64,000 bases of DNA from Nitrospirota bacterium (GTDB taxonomy: Bacteria > Nitrospirota > Thermodesulfovibrionia > Thermodesulfovibrionales > JdFR-86): contig CAVRJY010000005.1 in the NCBI GenBank assembly GCA_963721805.1, positions 33,309 to 97,308 of the forward strand, given 5' to 3'. Both the position numbers and the translations under genes were made by a program. The notes below the pieces were generated by a model. That model did not search any database. It was not told the origin of the DNA and was given only the letters and a program-made list of their open reading frames with translations. Positions 50,553 through 60,551 of this stretch are shown here, piece by piece (positions within the stretch are counted from its first letter, which is position 1; every line of letters begins with the position of its first letter).

Positions 50553-51425
50553 ATGGACAGGCATACGTTTAGAAGGGCGATTGTGGTGGTGGCGGGACTG
50601 CTCTGCGTGGTGCTCGGCCCTTCGCTCGGCTGGGCCTTTTCGGAGAGCGGCGGGGGCTGCGAGAGCGACTGCCGCAAGTGCCACAGCCTCTCAACTACCG
50701 AGGCCACCGATCTCGTGCACCAGATAAACCCTGAGGTCGAGGTGCTGGGCATCAGCAACAGCCCGGTGGGCGGCCTGTGGGAGCTCACCGTGAGCGTGAA
50801 GGGCCGCAAGGGCCTGGCTTACATAGACTTCGCCAAAAAGCATATCATGACCGGCTCGATCCTCGACGTCAAGAGCAAGCAGAACGTCACCGACCGCAGG
50901 CTCTATGACATCACGAAGATAGACCAGGCCTCGATACCGCTTAAGGACGCCATAGCCATCGGCAACCCGGCCGCGAAGATGCGCGTGATAGTCTTCAGCG
51001 ACCCCGAATGCCCCTATTGCAGGAAGCTGCACAAGGAGATAAAGCAGGTCGTGGCCGAGCACGACGACGTCGTGTTCTTCGTCAAGATGCTCCCGCTTAA
51101 GATCCACCCCCAGGCATACAAGAAGGCGCAGGCGATACTCTGCGACAAGTCGGTCAAGACGCTGGACCGCGCGTTTGACGGCCTCGGTCTGGGCGAGCCG
51201 ACGTGCGAGAGCACCGAGCTTGACGCGACTATCGCGCTGGCCGAGAAGCTCGGCATCAGCGGCACGCCGACCCTGATCCTCCCGGACGGCGGGATGCTGG
51301 GCGGCTTCAAGCCCGCCGATGAGCTCTACAAGCTGATCCAGGCATCGGCAGCCGCAGCGGCCACCAAGGACGGCAAGCCCGCGCCTCAGCCGGCAGCAAA
51401 GGAAGTCCCCTCTACCAAGCCGTAA
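50553..51425 (+). CDS. dsbC: DsbC-family thiol:disulfide isomerase with N-terminal CxxCH
   Basis: FSDPECPYC, GTPT; N-terminal CESDCRKCH. Confidence 0.85.
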   Translation: MDRHTFRRAIVVVAGLLCVVLGPSLGWAFSESGGGCESDCRKCHSLSTTEATDLVHQINPEVEVLGISNSPVGGLWELTVSVKGRKGLAYIDFAKKHIMTGSILDVKSKQNVTDRRLYDITKIDQASIPLKDAIAIGNPAAKMRVIVFSDPECPYCRKLHKEIKQVVAEHDDVVFFVKMLPLKIHPQAYKKAQAILCDKSVKTLDRAFDGLGLGEPTCESTELDATIALAEKLGISGTPTLILPDGGMLGGFKPADELYKLIQASAAAAATKDGKPAPQPAAKEVPSTKP

Positions 51426-51482
51426 TCGGGAGGGCCAATCGCCCCCCCTCAAAGAAGCCGTAAATTGTCGCATCCCGTTAAA

Positions 51483-52979
51483 CTAATCCAGCCTGAAGTG
51501 CGCCCCGACGCTCTCGCGCCTCGCTATCGCGGCCTCTGTTATCAATATCGCTACCTGCAGCATGTTTTTTAGCTCAAGCTCGCGGCGTGTCATGAAGGTC
51601 TTGTCCAGGATGTACTTCCACTCCCCGATCCGCATGCGGGCCTCCATCAGCGAGTCCGCCGAGCGGATGATACCGACGCGCTCCCACATCAGGCGCCTGA
51701 GCGCACCCCTGATCTCGTCGTGCTCCGGGATCGTGTTGATCGCGTATGGCGCGGCGTGCGCGGCGTGCGGCTGGCTGAGCGGAGATTCCGCGCACCTGGC
51801 GGTCGCCGCGACCCCGGCCCTCGCTCCGTAGACCAGCCCCTCAAGCAGGCTGTTGCTCGCAAGGCGGTTGGCCCCGTGCACGCCGGTGCACGCGGTCTCT
51901 CCTGCGGCATACAGGCACTGCACCGTGGTGCGCGCCTCCAGGTCCGTACTCACCCCGCCCATGATGTAGTGCGCGGCCGGACATACCGGGACCTGCTTGG
52001 CCGTGATGTCGAGCCCGTACTGCAGGCAGGTGGAGTATATCTTCGGGAAGCGGCCCTTTACGAATGCCGCGTCCATGTGCGTGAGATCCAGATAGACATG
52101 CCGCGCCCCGGTGCGCGCCATCTCGAGCACGATCGATCTCGATACTATATCACGCGGGGCGAGTTCTGCCTCGGGGTGGTAGCGGCTCATGAACAGCTCC
52201 CCGGCGGCGTTTCTGAGCCTCGCGCCCTCGCCTCGCATCGCCTCGCTTAAGAGGAAGTGCGGCGCGGCGGGCATGTACAGGCTCGTCGGGTGGAACTGGA
52301 CGAACTCCATGTCCTTGATCGCGGCCCCGGCGCGCGCCCCAAGCGCGATGCCGTCGGCCGTAGCGACCTGCGGGTTGGTGGTGACCGCGTATATCTGGCC
52401 CCCGCCACCTGTAGCGAGCACCGTAGCTCGCGCATATACCGCCTGAAGCTCGCGGGCCTCAAGCACGTATGCGCCTATGCAGCGGCCCTCCGCATCCCGG
52501 ATCAGGTCCACGACCATTGTGTTCGCCGCGCGCTGCACCGAGGGGAAGGTCCTGACCTTGTTAATCAGGACGCGGACGAGCTCGCGGCCTGTGGCGTCGC
52601 CGTGGGCATGCAGGATGCGCTTGCGCGAATGCGCGGCCTCGAGCGTGAACGAGAGCTTCGCCCCCTGCTTGTCGAACTCCGCGCCCCAGTCTATCAGCTC
52701 CTGGATCCGGGGCGGGCCCTCCTCGACCAGCACGCGCACCGCGGCCTCGTTGCAGAGGCCGTCGCCTGCCTTGATCGTGTCTTCGTAATGAATCCCGACC
52801 TCGTCCTCGTCCGAGAGCGCCACGGCGATGCCGCCCTGCGCGTACTCTGTAGAGCTCTCGGTCGGCATGTCCTTGGTCACGACGAGCACGCGGCCGTGCG
52901 GGGCGAGCTCTATCGCGGCGCGCAGGCCCGCGACCCCGCCTCCGATCACGAGGAAGTCTACCTCGCGCGTGCGCATCAT
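51483..52979 (-). CDS. nadB: L-aspartate oxidase
   Basis: AQGGIA, EAAHSRKRILH, QFHPT, ELAPRD, HGANRLASNSLLEG. Confidence 0.93.
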   Translation of the reverse strand: MMRTREVDFLVIGGGVAGLRAAIELAPHGRVLVVTKDMPTESSTEYAQGGIAVALSDEDEVGIHYEDTIKAGDGLCNEAAVRVLVEEGPPRIQELIDWGAEFDKQGAKLSFTLEAAHSRKRILHAHGDATGRELVRVLINKVRTFPSVQRAANTMVVDLIRDAEGRCIGAYVLEARELQAVYARATVLATGGGGQIYAVTTNPQVATADGIALGARAGAAIKDMEFVQFHPTSLYMPAAPHFLLSEAMRGEGARLRNAAGELFMSRYHPEAELAPRDIVSRSIVLEMARTGARHVYLDLTHMDAAFVKGRFPKIYSTCLQYGLDITAKQVPVCPAAHYIMGGVSTDLEARTTVQCLYAAGETACTGVHGANRLASNSLLEGLVYGARAGVAATARCAESPLSQPHAAHAAPYAINTIPEHDEIRGALRRLMWERVGIIRSADSLMEARMRIGEWKYILDKTFMTRRELELKNMLQVAILITEAAIARRESVGAHFRLD

Positions 52980-52982
52980 AGC

Positions 52983-53639
52983 CTATACCATGAGGTCATT
53001 GAAGTCCGTGATAGATATGAAATCCTGCGAGCGCTTGACGGCCTCGCGCGAGCTGGAGCGGCCCTTGAAGACCGGGTACTTTATACCGAAGCGGTGTGCC
53101 GAGTGCAGCACGGCCTCCGTGTCGTCGACGAATACCGTGCGCTGCCGGTCAAACCCGATCAGGGCATGCGCCTTCTCCCAGTAGCCCTGGTCTTCCTTGG
53201 GGAAGCCGAGCTCGTTGGAGGTCAGGACGCTCTGGAAGTATCCGCCAATCCCGGTCTTTTTAAACTTGATCTTGATGGATTTATGGTGCGCGTTCGTCAC
53301 GAGGTGTATCTGCTTGCCCATCGAGCGCATCTGGCGGAGGAAGTCCTCGACGTGCGGGTGGACGTCGATCAGGTGCAGGAGCTGTTCCTTCAGCGCAGGG
53401 ATGTCCAGATCCAGCTCACGGCTCCAGAAATCGAGGTCGGTCCAGTTGAGCGTGCCCTCCTGGCTTTTGTAGGTCGCGAAGAGGTGCTCCTTGGCCTTAT
53501 CAACCGAGAGCCCGTGGAGGGCGGCGTAACGCTCCGGCACGAGGTGGAGCCAGAAGTGGTCGTCGAAGTATTTGTCGAGCAGCGTACCGTCGAGGTCCAG
53601 CAGGACGAAGTCTATATCGCTAATCGGTAGGATAGCCAT
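52983..53639 (-). CDS. HAD-superfamily hydrolase (YrfG-like nucleotidase)
   Basis: LDLDGTLLD.YFD..FW, VTNAH, PKE, FVDD. Confidence 0.88.
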   Translation of the reverse strand: MAILPISDIDFVLLDLDGTLLDKYFDDHFWLHLVPERYAALHGLSVDKAKEHLFATYKSQEGTLNWTDLDFWSRELDLDIPALKEQLLHLIDVHPHVEDFLRQMRSMGKQIHLVTNAHHKSIKIKFKKTGIGGYFQSVLTSNELGFPKEDQGYWEKAHALIGFDRQRTVFVDDTEAVLHSAHRFGIKYPVFKGRSSSREAVKRSQDFISITDFNDLMV

Positions 53640-53685
53640 ATCTTAATAATCACACGCACGGCATGATCTGGTCAAGCACTGTAGC

Positions 53686-53760
53686 CTTTCTTCAAAGCGT
53701 GTCAAATCGCTTGATACTGCGTTGGGCATCGAAGACTCGCCCTCCATGTACGTCACATCA
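53686..53760 (+). repeat. repeat A copy 18 (5' half)
   Basis: AAAGCGTGTCAAATCGCTTGATACTGCG...GTACGTCAC. Confidence 0.85.
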
Positions 53761-53784
53761 GTCCGCTTGGTCAAGCGCAGGCCC

Positions 53785-53992
53785 CTTTCTTCAAAGCGCT
53801 CCAAATCGCTTGATACTGCGTTGGGCTTCAAAGACTCGCCCTCTATGTACGTCACAGTACACCATCGGGGTGCCACGGGCACCTCTTTCCAAGGAGAGGG
53901 GCCAACTGGCCCCCCTTGTCTGAAGACGATTTGGGCGCGCTTTCGGGGGGCACGGAAAAAGGTCGCCCCCCGCGCCCCACGAGGTCAACGGC
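53785..53992 (+). repeat. repeat A copy 19 (with internal hairpin modules)
   Basis: AAAGCGCTCCAAATCG...GTACGTCACAGTAC...GAGGTCAACGGC. Confidence 0.9.
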
Positions 53993-54008
53993 ATAATTGG
54001 AAAAAGCC

Positions 54009-54363
54009 TGTTCGGATGCACTCGCTTAGGTATATATACGCATTCCGCGCGCGTGCGCGCGCGTTTTTGCCTTTTTTGTTCGGATGCTGGGGACAACAAC
54101 GGGGCTAACAGCTTAATAATCTTCATTTGTTTGATAGCCCCCTGTTCGGATGTTCGGATAAAAAGGGCGGTATTTAACGATTTATCCGAACTAACGGCGC
54201 AACCTCCCGCCGCCTCTGTGACGCCGCTCAGATATGACCTTATCATGCTCATCGCACCACTATACACTAAAGAATGCCAAACTTTGGTTTATATATAAAC
54301 CAAAGGCTATAGGAAAAATTAAGTCGCGTGCGTTTTCTACTAACTTTCGATTAACTGTGGTTA
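54009..54363 (-). repeat. repeat B copy 3
   Basis: TGTTCGGA boxes, GCGCGCGTGCGCGCG, GGTTTATATATAAACC palindrome. Confidence 0.9.
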
Positions 54364-54417
54364 GTCAGGGAGCACAGGGGGCGCGGCATTGTGTGAAAAA
54401 CAATGGCAACCCTGCCA

Positions 54418-54508
54418 TAGCGCCGAAATCGCTTGATACTGAGTCAGGGCTTCGAAAATCCGTCCTCAATGTACATCACAGTACACCATCGGGGGCCACG
54501 GGCACCTT
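54418..54508 (+). repeat. repeat A copy 20 (5' half)
   Basis: AAATCGCTTGATACTG...GTACATCACAGTACACCATC. Confidence 0.8.
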
Positions 54509-54624
54509 AATATACTCTCTCGCAAGGATAAGCTTTAATCCCTCGTTTTACAACATTTGCTTGCCTTTTATTTCGGTCTGATCCATACTACGCGCAGAAT
54601 CTAATTCCGCATGTCAGGAGACCT

Positions 54625-56040
54625 ATGTCTAAAAACAGGATCATCCGGTTGTCATGTCTTACGTTATCTTTGATGCTTTCCTTGTTCATCGCGGGCTGCA
54701 CCGGCAGCAGCAGCGACAGCGGCGGCTCGTCGGGATCGTCCGGAAAATCATGGACCAACCCCTCATCGCTGACGGACAATATCAGCCCCGACGGCCAGAA
54801 TGCCTGGAGTCCGCAGGTGGCGATGGACAACAGCGGAGACGCGATCGTCGTATGGTATCAGTCCGACGGATCAAACAACCAGATATTCAAGGCTGAGTAC
54901 CGGGGCGGAGTCTGGAGCCTCCCGTCCTCGCTGACGGACAACATCAGCCCAGACACGAGAGACGCCGTGGTGCCGCAGGTGGCGATGGACAACAACGGAA
55001 ACGCGATCATCACATGGATGCAGCGCGACGCCTCGAACTTCTACCAGATATTCAAGAGCACATACAGCGGCGGAGTCTGGACCAACCCCTCCTCGCTCTC
55101 GGACAACATCAGCCCCGACGGAACGCATGCGGAAAACCCGATGGTCGCGATGGACGATAACGGACAAGCCATTATCGTCTGGCTTCAGTACGACGGCTCG
55201 GATGAGCGGGTCTACAAGAGCACCTTCGACGGCACATGGCACAACCCGACAGACCTTACGGACAGCATCAGCCCTGCCACTAAGGATGCGTCCTACGCCG
55301 GGGTCGCGATGAGCAATGACGGGACCGCGACCATCGTCTGGCAGGAGAGTGACGGCTCAGACTACCAGATATTCAGGAGCATATATGACGGCAGCACATG
55401 GACCGATCCGTCCTCTTTGACGGACAACATCAGCCCAGACGGGGAGAGTGCCGAGGAGCCACAGGTTGCAATGGATAACAATGGAAACGCGATCATCACA
55501 TGGATGCAGTACGACGGCTCAGACTGGCGGATATTCAAGAGCGAGTATAGAAGCGGCGCATGGACCGATCCGTCCATTTCGGACGGCATAAGCTTTAGCG
55601 GGAGTGATGCCGAGTACCCCGAGGTCGCGATGGATAACAACGGAAACGCGATCATCACATGGCTGCAGTCCGACGGCACAAACCAGCAGGTTTTCAAGAG
55701 CGAGTACAGGGGCGGCGTATGGACCAGCTGGCCGTCATCACTTACCGACAACATCAGCCCGGACGGGCAGGATGCCGAGTACCCCGAGGTGGCGATGGAC
55801 AACAACGGAAACGCGATCATCACATGGATGCAGTCCGACGGCACAAACCAGCAGGTGTTCAAGAGCGAGTACAGAAGCGGGGCATGGACCAATCCCGCCT
55901 CGCTTACGGACAACATCAGCCCGGACGGGCAGGATGTCTCGCTACCGCAGGTGGCGATGAGCAACAAGGGTACCGCTGTCATCACATGGCAGCAGTCCGA
56001 CGCCACGACCCTGCAGACGTTCATGAGCATCTACAAATAG
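54625..56040 (+). CDS. lipoprotein with eight ~54-aa repeats (probable beta-propeller)
   Basis: Lipobox IAGC, Ser/Gly linker, 8x WT.P..L.DNISPDG...P.VAMD..G.AII.W.Q. Confidence 0.85.
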   Translation: MSKNRIIRLSCLTLSLMLSLFIAGCTGSSSDSGGSSGSSGKSWTNPSSLTDNISPDGQNAWSPQVAMDNSGDAIVVWYQSDGSNNQIFKAEYRGGVWSLPSSLTDNISPDTRDAVVPQVAMDNNGNAIITWMQRDASNFYQIFKSTYSGGVWTNPSSLSDNISPDGTHAENPMVAMDDNGQAIIVWLQYDGSDERVYKSTFDGTWHNPTDLTDSISPATKDASYAGVAMSNDGTATIVWQESDGSDYQIFRSIYDGSTWTDPSSLTDNISPDGESAEEPQVAMDNNGNAIITWMQYDGSDWRIFKSEYRSGAWTDPSISDGISFSGSDAEYPEVAMDNNGNAIITWLQSDGTNQQVFKSEYRGGVWTSWPSSLTDNISPDGQDAEYPEVAMDNNGNAIITWMQSDGTNQQVFKSEYRSGAWTNPASLTDNISPDGQDVSLPQVAMSNKGTAVITWQQSDATTLQTFMSIYK

Positions 56041-56053
56041 CCTAAAAAGCAAC

Positions 56054-56097
56054 CTCATCCCCCCCGGCCATAGAGATATGGCCGGGGGGGGGATGAG
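56054..56097. terminator. GC-rich hairpin after the first lipoprotein gene
   Basis: CTCATCCCCCCCGGCCATA-GAGA-TATGGCCGGGGGGGGATGAG. Confidence 0.6.
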
Positions 56098-56228
56098 GGC
56101 ATCTTTTACCTGTAACTCACCACTAAAGCCCTACGTTCCGCTCCAGCCTTACATCCCTATTTGCTTGCCTTTTATTCCGGTCTGATCCATACTACGCGCA
56201 GAATCAAATAACAACTGATGGGAGAATT

Positions 56229-57941
56229 ATGTCCGACAACAGGATTACCCGGTTATCATGGCTTGCGTTATCTCTTATGTTTTCCTTATTCATCGCTGGC
56301 TGCACAGGCGGCTCCAGCAGTAGCAGCGACAGCGGCGGCTCGTCCTACACCGTCAGCGGGACGGTCAGCGGCCTGGGCGGCCTTGTCGCTCATGCGGGGC
56401 CCTCCAAAAACAAAAGGATCAAGGCAGGCGTGGTGGAGACTTACGGCACGGTAGTGCTTCAAGACAACGGTGCCGACGACTACACGGTATCGGCCGATGG
56501 CACCTTCGTCTTTAACACGCCGGTTGCCGACAGCGCTATTTATAATGTTACAGTCAGCGATCAGCCCGAGATAGGGCAGTGCAAGGTCATTGGTGGCTCG
56601 GGCATAATCAACGGCGCTAATGTGACAGGCGTAACAGTGGTCTGCTCCCCATGGGTCAACCCCACCTCGCTTTCGGACAACCTCAGCCCCGACGGCGGCG
56701 ATACGCCCCAGGTGGCTATGGACAGCACAGGGGATGCGATCATCGTATGGAGGCAGTGGGGCGACACGACCTATCAGATATACCAAAGCACGTACAATGG
56801 CGTGGCATGGACCGATCCGTCCTCCGTGTCGGGCGAGATCAGCAACGACGGGCCGGATTTCGATTACGCCAAGGTGGCGATGGACTCTAGCGGAAACGCG
56901 ATCATCATATGGGAGCAGTTCGACGGCGCGAACTGGCAGGTATACAAAAGCGAGTACCGGGGCGGGGTCTGGACCGGCCCGTCCGACCTGAACGACCACG
57001 TCAGCGTGGCCGGGCAGGATAGCGATTATGCCTCGCTGGCGATGGACGACGATGGAAACGCGATCATCGCATGGACGCAGATCGGGCAGATATACAAGAG
57101 CACGTACAACGGGACCGCATGGACCAACCCTGCCGATATCAATGACCATATCGACCCCGGCGGGGGCGGAGCCCAAATGGCATCAGTGGCGATGAGCGAT
57201 AACGGCACCGCGATCATCGCATGGCCCCAGAACGACGGCACAAAGTATCAGATCTTCAAGAGCATGTACAACGGCGTGGCATGGACCAACCCCGCCGATA
57301 TCGATGACCATCTCGGCCACGATGAGCAGGATGCCGATAATGCCTCAGTGGCGATGGACTCAAGCGGAAACGCGGTCATCGCCTGGCCAGGGTACCAGTA
57401 CCCCGGCCCAATCGTCCAGATATACAAGAGCACGTACAACGGGGTCGCATGGACCGATCCCGCCTCGATTGATGACCATATCAGCCCCAGCGGCGGGAAT
57501 GCCTATGATCCCACTGTTGTGATGGACCACAGCGGAAACGCGATTATCATATGGCGCCAGGAAGATGGCCCAAACAACCAGATATACAAGAGCACATACA
57601 ACGGGGTCTCATGGACCAACCCTGCCGATATCAATGACCATATCAGCCTCGACGGGCAGGATGCCTATAGGCACTCAGTGGCGATGGATAATAACGGAAA
57701 CGCGATCATCGCCTGGCAGGCAGACAACGGCTCCGGCCTGGACGGCAGGATATACAAGAGCGAGTACAGGTACGGCGCATGGACCAACCCGTCCTCCACG
57801 GCTGACGGCATCAGCCCTGACGGTGGTTATGCCGATTATCCTCCATCGGTGGCGATGAGCGACAACGGGACCGCGATCATCACATGGGCTGAGTATGACA
57901 GCTCAAACGAATGGATATTCAAGAGCTACTACCAACAATAG
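56229..57941 (+). CDS. paralogous lipoprotein: Ig-like domain plus eight repeats
   Basis: Same signal peptide and lipobox; YTVSGTVSGL..VLQDNG..QP..C Ig-like unit; 8 repeats. Confidence 0.85.
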   Translation: MSDNRITRLSWLALSLMFSLFIAGCTGGSSSSSDSGGSSYTVSGTVSGLGGLVAHAGPSKNKRIKAGVVETYGTVVLQDNGADDYTVSADGTFVFNTPVADSAIYNVTVSDQPEIGQCKVIGGSGIINGANVTGVTVVCSPWVNPTSLSDNLSPDGGDTPQVAMDSTGDAIIVWRQWGDTTYQIYQSTYNGVAWTDPSSVSGEISNDGPDFDYAKVAMDSSGNAIIIWEQFDGANWQVYKSEYRGGVWTGPSDLNDHVSVAGQDSDYASLAMDDDGNAIIAWTQIGQIYKSTYNGTAWTNPADINDHIDPGGGGAQMASVAMSDNGTAIIAWPQNDGTKYQIFKSMYNGVAWTNPADIDDHLGHDEQDADNASVAMDSSGNAVIAWPGYQYPGPIVQIYKSTYNGVAWTDPASIDDHISPSGGNAYDPTVVMDHSGNAIIIWRQEDGPNNQIYKSTYNGVSWTNPADINDHISLDGQDAYRHSVAMDNNGNAIIAWQADNGSGLDGRIYKSEYRYGAWTNPSSTADGISPDGGYADYPPSVAMSDNGTAIITWAEYDSSNEWIFKSYYQQ

Positions 57942-58128
57942 CCCAATAGCCGGTCGGCCCCCCCGGCCATAGCGCCGGGGGTGCCACGGGCACCTTTCTT
58001 TTAATACCTTATACGCCTTGTCACTCGATTCAGCGTTTCGCCTCATCCCACAATGGTGTTAAGTGAGCGGGGCACCGCGAATAGGTGAGCGAAGCGAATA
58101 GTTGCCGGGGGGCGCTGCCCTCCAATTC

Positions 58129-58158
58129 TTGACAGGCGCTGACAATATTGTTTATTAT
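58129..58158 (+). promoter_or_regulatory. sigma70-type promoter of the rnf operon
   Basis: TTGACA-18-TATTAT with palindrome ACAATATTGT in the spacer. Confidence 0.5.
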
Positions 58159-58199
58159 GATTCTCGTTTTCCGCTAAGAAACCTTGGAGGGGAGATCCA

Positions 58200-59510
58200 A
58201 TGAGTCTTGCGACGTTTTCGCGCGGCATACATCCGCCTGACAAGAAGGAGCTCTCAAAGGGCGCGGCGCTCGAACGCGCAAAAGCCCCGAAGACCGTTGT
58301 CATTCCTATGGGCCAGCACATCGGCGCGCCCTGCAAGCCCCTGGTCGCGATAGGCGACGAGGTCAAGACCGGGCAGGTGATCGGGGAGCCGCAGGGCTTC
58401 GTCTCGGCCCCGGTGCACGCAACGGTGTCCGGCAAGGTCGTCGCTATATCGGAGTTCCCGAACGCGATGGGCCGCATGGTCAACTGTGTGGTCGTCCAGA
58501 GCGACGGCAAGGACGAGTGGGTCCCGCTTGAGGAGACACCGGATTACCTGAACGCCGACCCTGCCGCGTTGAAGGATAAAATAAAAGCCGCAGGCGTCGT
58601 AGGCATGGGCGGCGCGACGTTCCCGACCAACGTAAAGCTTTCCCCGCCCAAGGAAAAGACTATCGAATACGTCATCATCAACGGCGCGGAGTGCGAGCCA
58701 TACCTTACCGCCGACTACCGCCTGCTGATCGAGCGGCCCAAGGACGTCGTAGAGGGCCTGCGCATCCTGATGCGCGTGCTCGGCGTGGCGAAGGGCTACA
58801 TAGGGATCGAGAACAACAAGCCAGACGCGGTAGAGATTATGAAGAAGGCGGCCGAGGGCACGCCTGTGGAGATCATAACCTGCGCGGTCAAGTACCCGCA
58901 GGGCGCCGAGAAGATGCTGATAAAGTCCGTCACCGGTCGCGAGGTGCCCAACAAGGGCGGCCTCCCGATGGACGTCGGCGCGGTGGTGCAGAACGTTGGC
59001 ACCGCGGTCGCGATATTTGAAGCAGTCAGATTTGGCAAGCCGCTTATCGAGCGCGTAGTCAGCGTCACGGGCGAGGGCATCAACCATCCGCGCAACCTTA
59101 TAGTCCGCATCGGGACGCTGGTCTCGGAGCTGATCGAGCAGTGCGGCGGGTTCAAGGGCACTCCGGGCAAGGTGATCTCCGGCGGCCCGATGATGGGATT
59201 TGCGATGTTCACGCTCGACATGCCCGTCATTAAAGGCACTTCCGGTGTGCTAGTCATGTCCGAGGAGTCCGTCACCCATACCGACAAATACGGCGCGTGC
59301 ATCAGGTGCGGCCGGTGCATACAGGCCTGCCCGATGGGGCTGATGCCGCAGATGCTGAGCATATACTCCGAGGCCGGGTTTTACGAGGAGGCCAAGCAAT
59401 ACGGGCTATGGGACTGCTTCGAGTGCGGCTCCTGCTCCTATGTCTGCCCGGCCAAGAGGCCGGTAGTGCAGTTCGTGCGGCTCGCGAAGTCGCAGACCAA
59501 GCCCGGATAG
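58200..59510 (+). CDS. rnfC: Rnf complex subunit C
   Basis: GGATFPT, NGAECEPYLTAD, KYPQGAEK, GGPMMG, two 4Fe-4S motifs. Confidence 0.95.
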   Translation: MSLATFSRGIHPPDKKELSKGAALERAKAPKTVVIPMGQHIGAPCKPLVAIGDEVKTGQVIGEPQGFVSAPVHATVSGKVVAISEFPNAMGRMVNCVVVQSDGKDEWVPLEETPDYLNADPAALKDKIKAAGVVGMGGATFPTNVKLSPPKEKTIEYVIINGAECEPYLTADYRLLIERPKDVVEGLRILMRVLGVAKGYIGIENNKPDAVEIMKKAAEGTPVEIITCAVKYPQGAEKMLIKSVTGREVPNKGGLPMDVGAVVQNVGTAVAIFEAVRFGKPLIERVVSVTGEGINHPRNLIVRIGTLVSELIEQCGGFKGTPGKVISGGPMMGFAMFTLDMPVIKGTSGVLVMSEESVTHTDKYGACIRCGRCIQACPMGLMPQMLSIYSEAGFYEEAKQYGLWDCFECGSCSYVCPAKRPVVQFVRLAKSQTKPG

Positions 59511-59522
59511 GATAATGGAAAA

Positions 59523-60551
59523 ATGGACACCAAGAGCCAGGAATACATAGTATCCGTATCGCCCCATATAAGGGACGAGGAGACCGTCCGCCGCATCATG
59601 TGGACCGTCTCGATAGCGCTCCTGCCTGCGCTTCGCGATGGCCGTATACTACTTCGGCCCGCGCGCGCTCTGGTGACGGCCATAACGATAGCGGCCTCGG
59701 TCGCATCGGAGTGGATAGTGGCGAAGATGGCCGGCCGCACGGATGGACTACTCACGGACGGAAGCGCGGTGCTCACCGGCCTGCTTCTGGCGCTGAACCT
59801 CCCGGCCTCCGCGCCGATATATATCCCGATCGTAAGCGCGTTCGTCGCGGTCGGCATCACGAAGCAGCTATTCGGCGGCTTCGGGTTTAACATCTTCAAC
59901 CCCGCGCTCGTAGGCCGCGCCTTCGCGCTGATCACCTGGCCGCGCGCGATGACCTCCTGGATCGCGCCCACCGCCGCCTTCGTCGGCATGGACGCAAAGA
60001 CTACGGCCACGCCGCTTGGCATCCTCAAAGAAGACGGGATGAACAAGCTTATTGAAGTATTCCACGACAAGGGCTCGCTCTATTGGGACCTGTTCCTGGG
60101 CCACCGCGCCGGATCGCTCGGCGAGACCTCGGTTATAGCGATCCTGATCGGCGCTGCATTCCTGCTTTATAAGAGATACATCACCTGGCACACTCCGTTT
60201 TCCTTCCTCGCGACCGTGGCTATCGTGGCCTGGATCGCGGGCGGCAAGGACGCCTCGGGCCACCTGCTGCTGTTTAGCGGCGACCCGGTGATACACGTCC
60301 TTAGCGGCGGCCTGATGCTCGGCGCGTTCTTCATGGCCACGGACTACGTCACGGCCCCCAGCATCCGATCCGGGCAGGTCGTGTTCGGCATCGGCTGCGG
60401 ACTTATAACTATGCTGATACGGCTCGCGGGCGGGTTCCCTGAGGGCGTTATGTTCGCGATACTCCTGATGAACTGCTTTACGCCGCTAATAGACCGCAAG
60501 ATGCGCACCGTGACGTTCGGGTTCAGAAAGCCCGTGGAGAAGAAGGCATGA
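59523..60551 (+). CDS. rnfD: Rnf complex subunit D
   Basis: DGSAVLTG, NIFNPAL.GR, TATPL, GSLGETS, FMATD. Confidence 0.95.
   Translation: MDTKSQEYIVSVSPHIRDEETVRRIMWTVSIALLPALRDGRILLRPARALVTAITIAASVASEWIVAKMAGRTDGLLTDGSAVLTGLLLALNLPASAPIYIPIVSAFVAVGITKQLFGGFGFNIFNPALVGRAFALITWPRAMTSWIAPTAAFVGMDAKTTATPLGILKEDGMNKLIEVFHDKGSLYWDLFLGHRAGSLGETSVIAILIGAAFLLYKRYITWHTPFSFLATVAIVAWIAGGKDASGHLLLFSGDPVIHVLSGGLMLGAFFMATDYVTAPSIRSGQVVFGIGCGLITMLIRLAGGFPEGVMFAILLMNCFTPLIDRKMRTVTFGFRKPVEKKA

Noticed and set aside
54625..57941. Diversity-generating retroelement target/template pair
   Set aside because: No reverse transcriptase in the window; the repeats are in-frame coding units and differences are not confined to adenines.
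59631..59676. Unusual RnfD segment LRDGRILLRPARAL
   Set aside because: An alternative frame reads FAMAVYYFGPRALW, the expected TM segment, so this looks like a compensating +1/-1 indel pair, most likely an assembly artefact.
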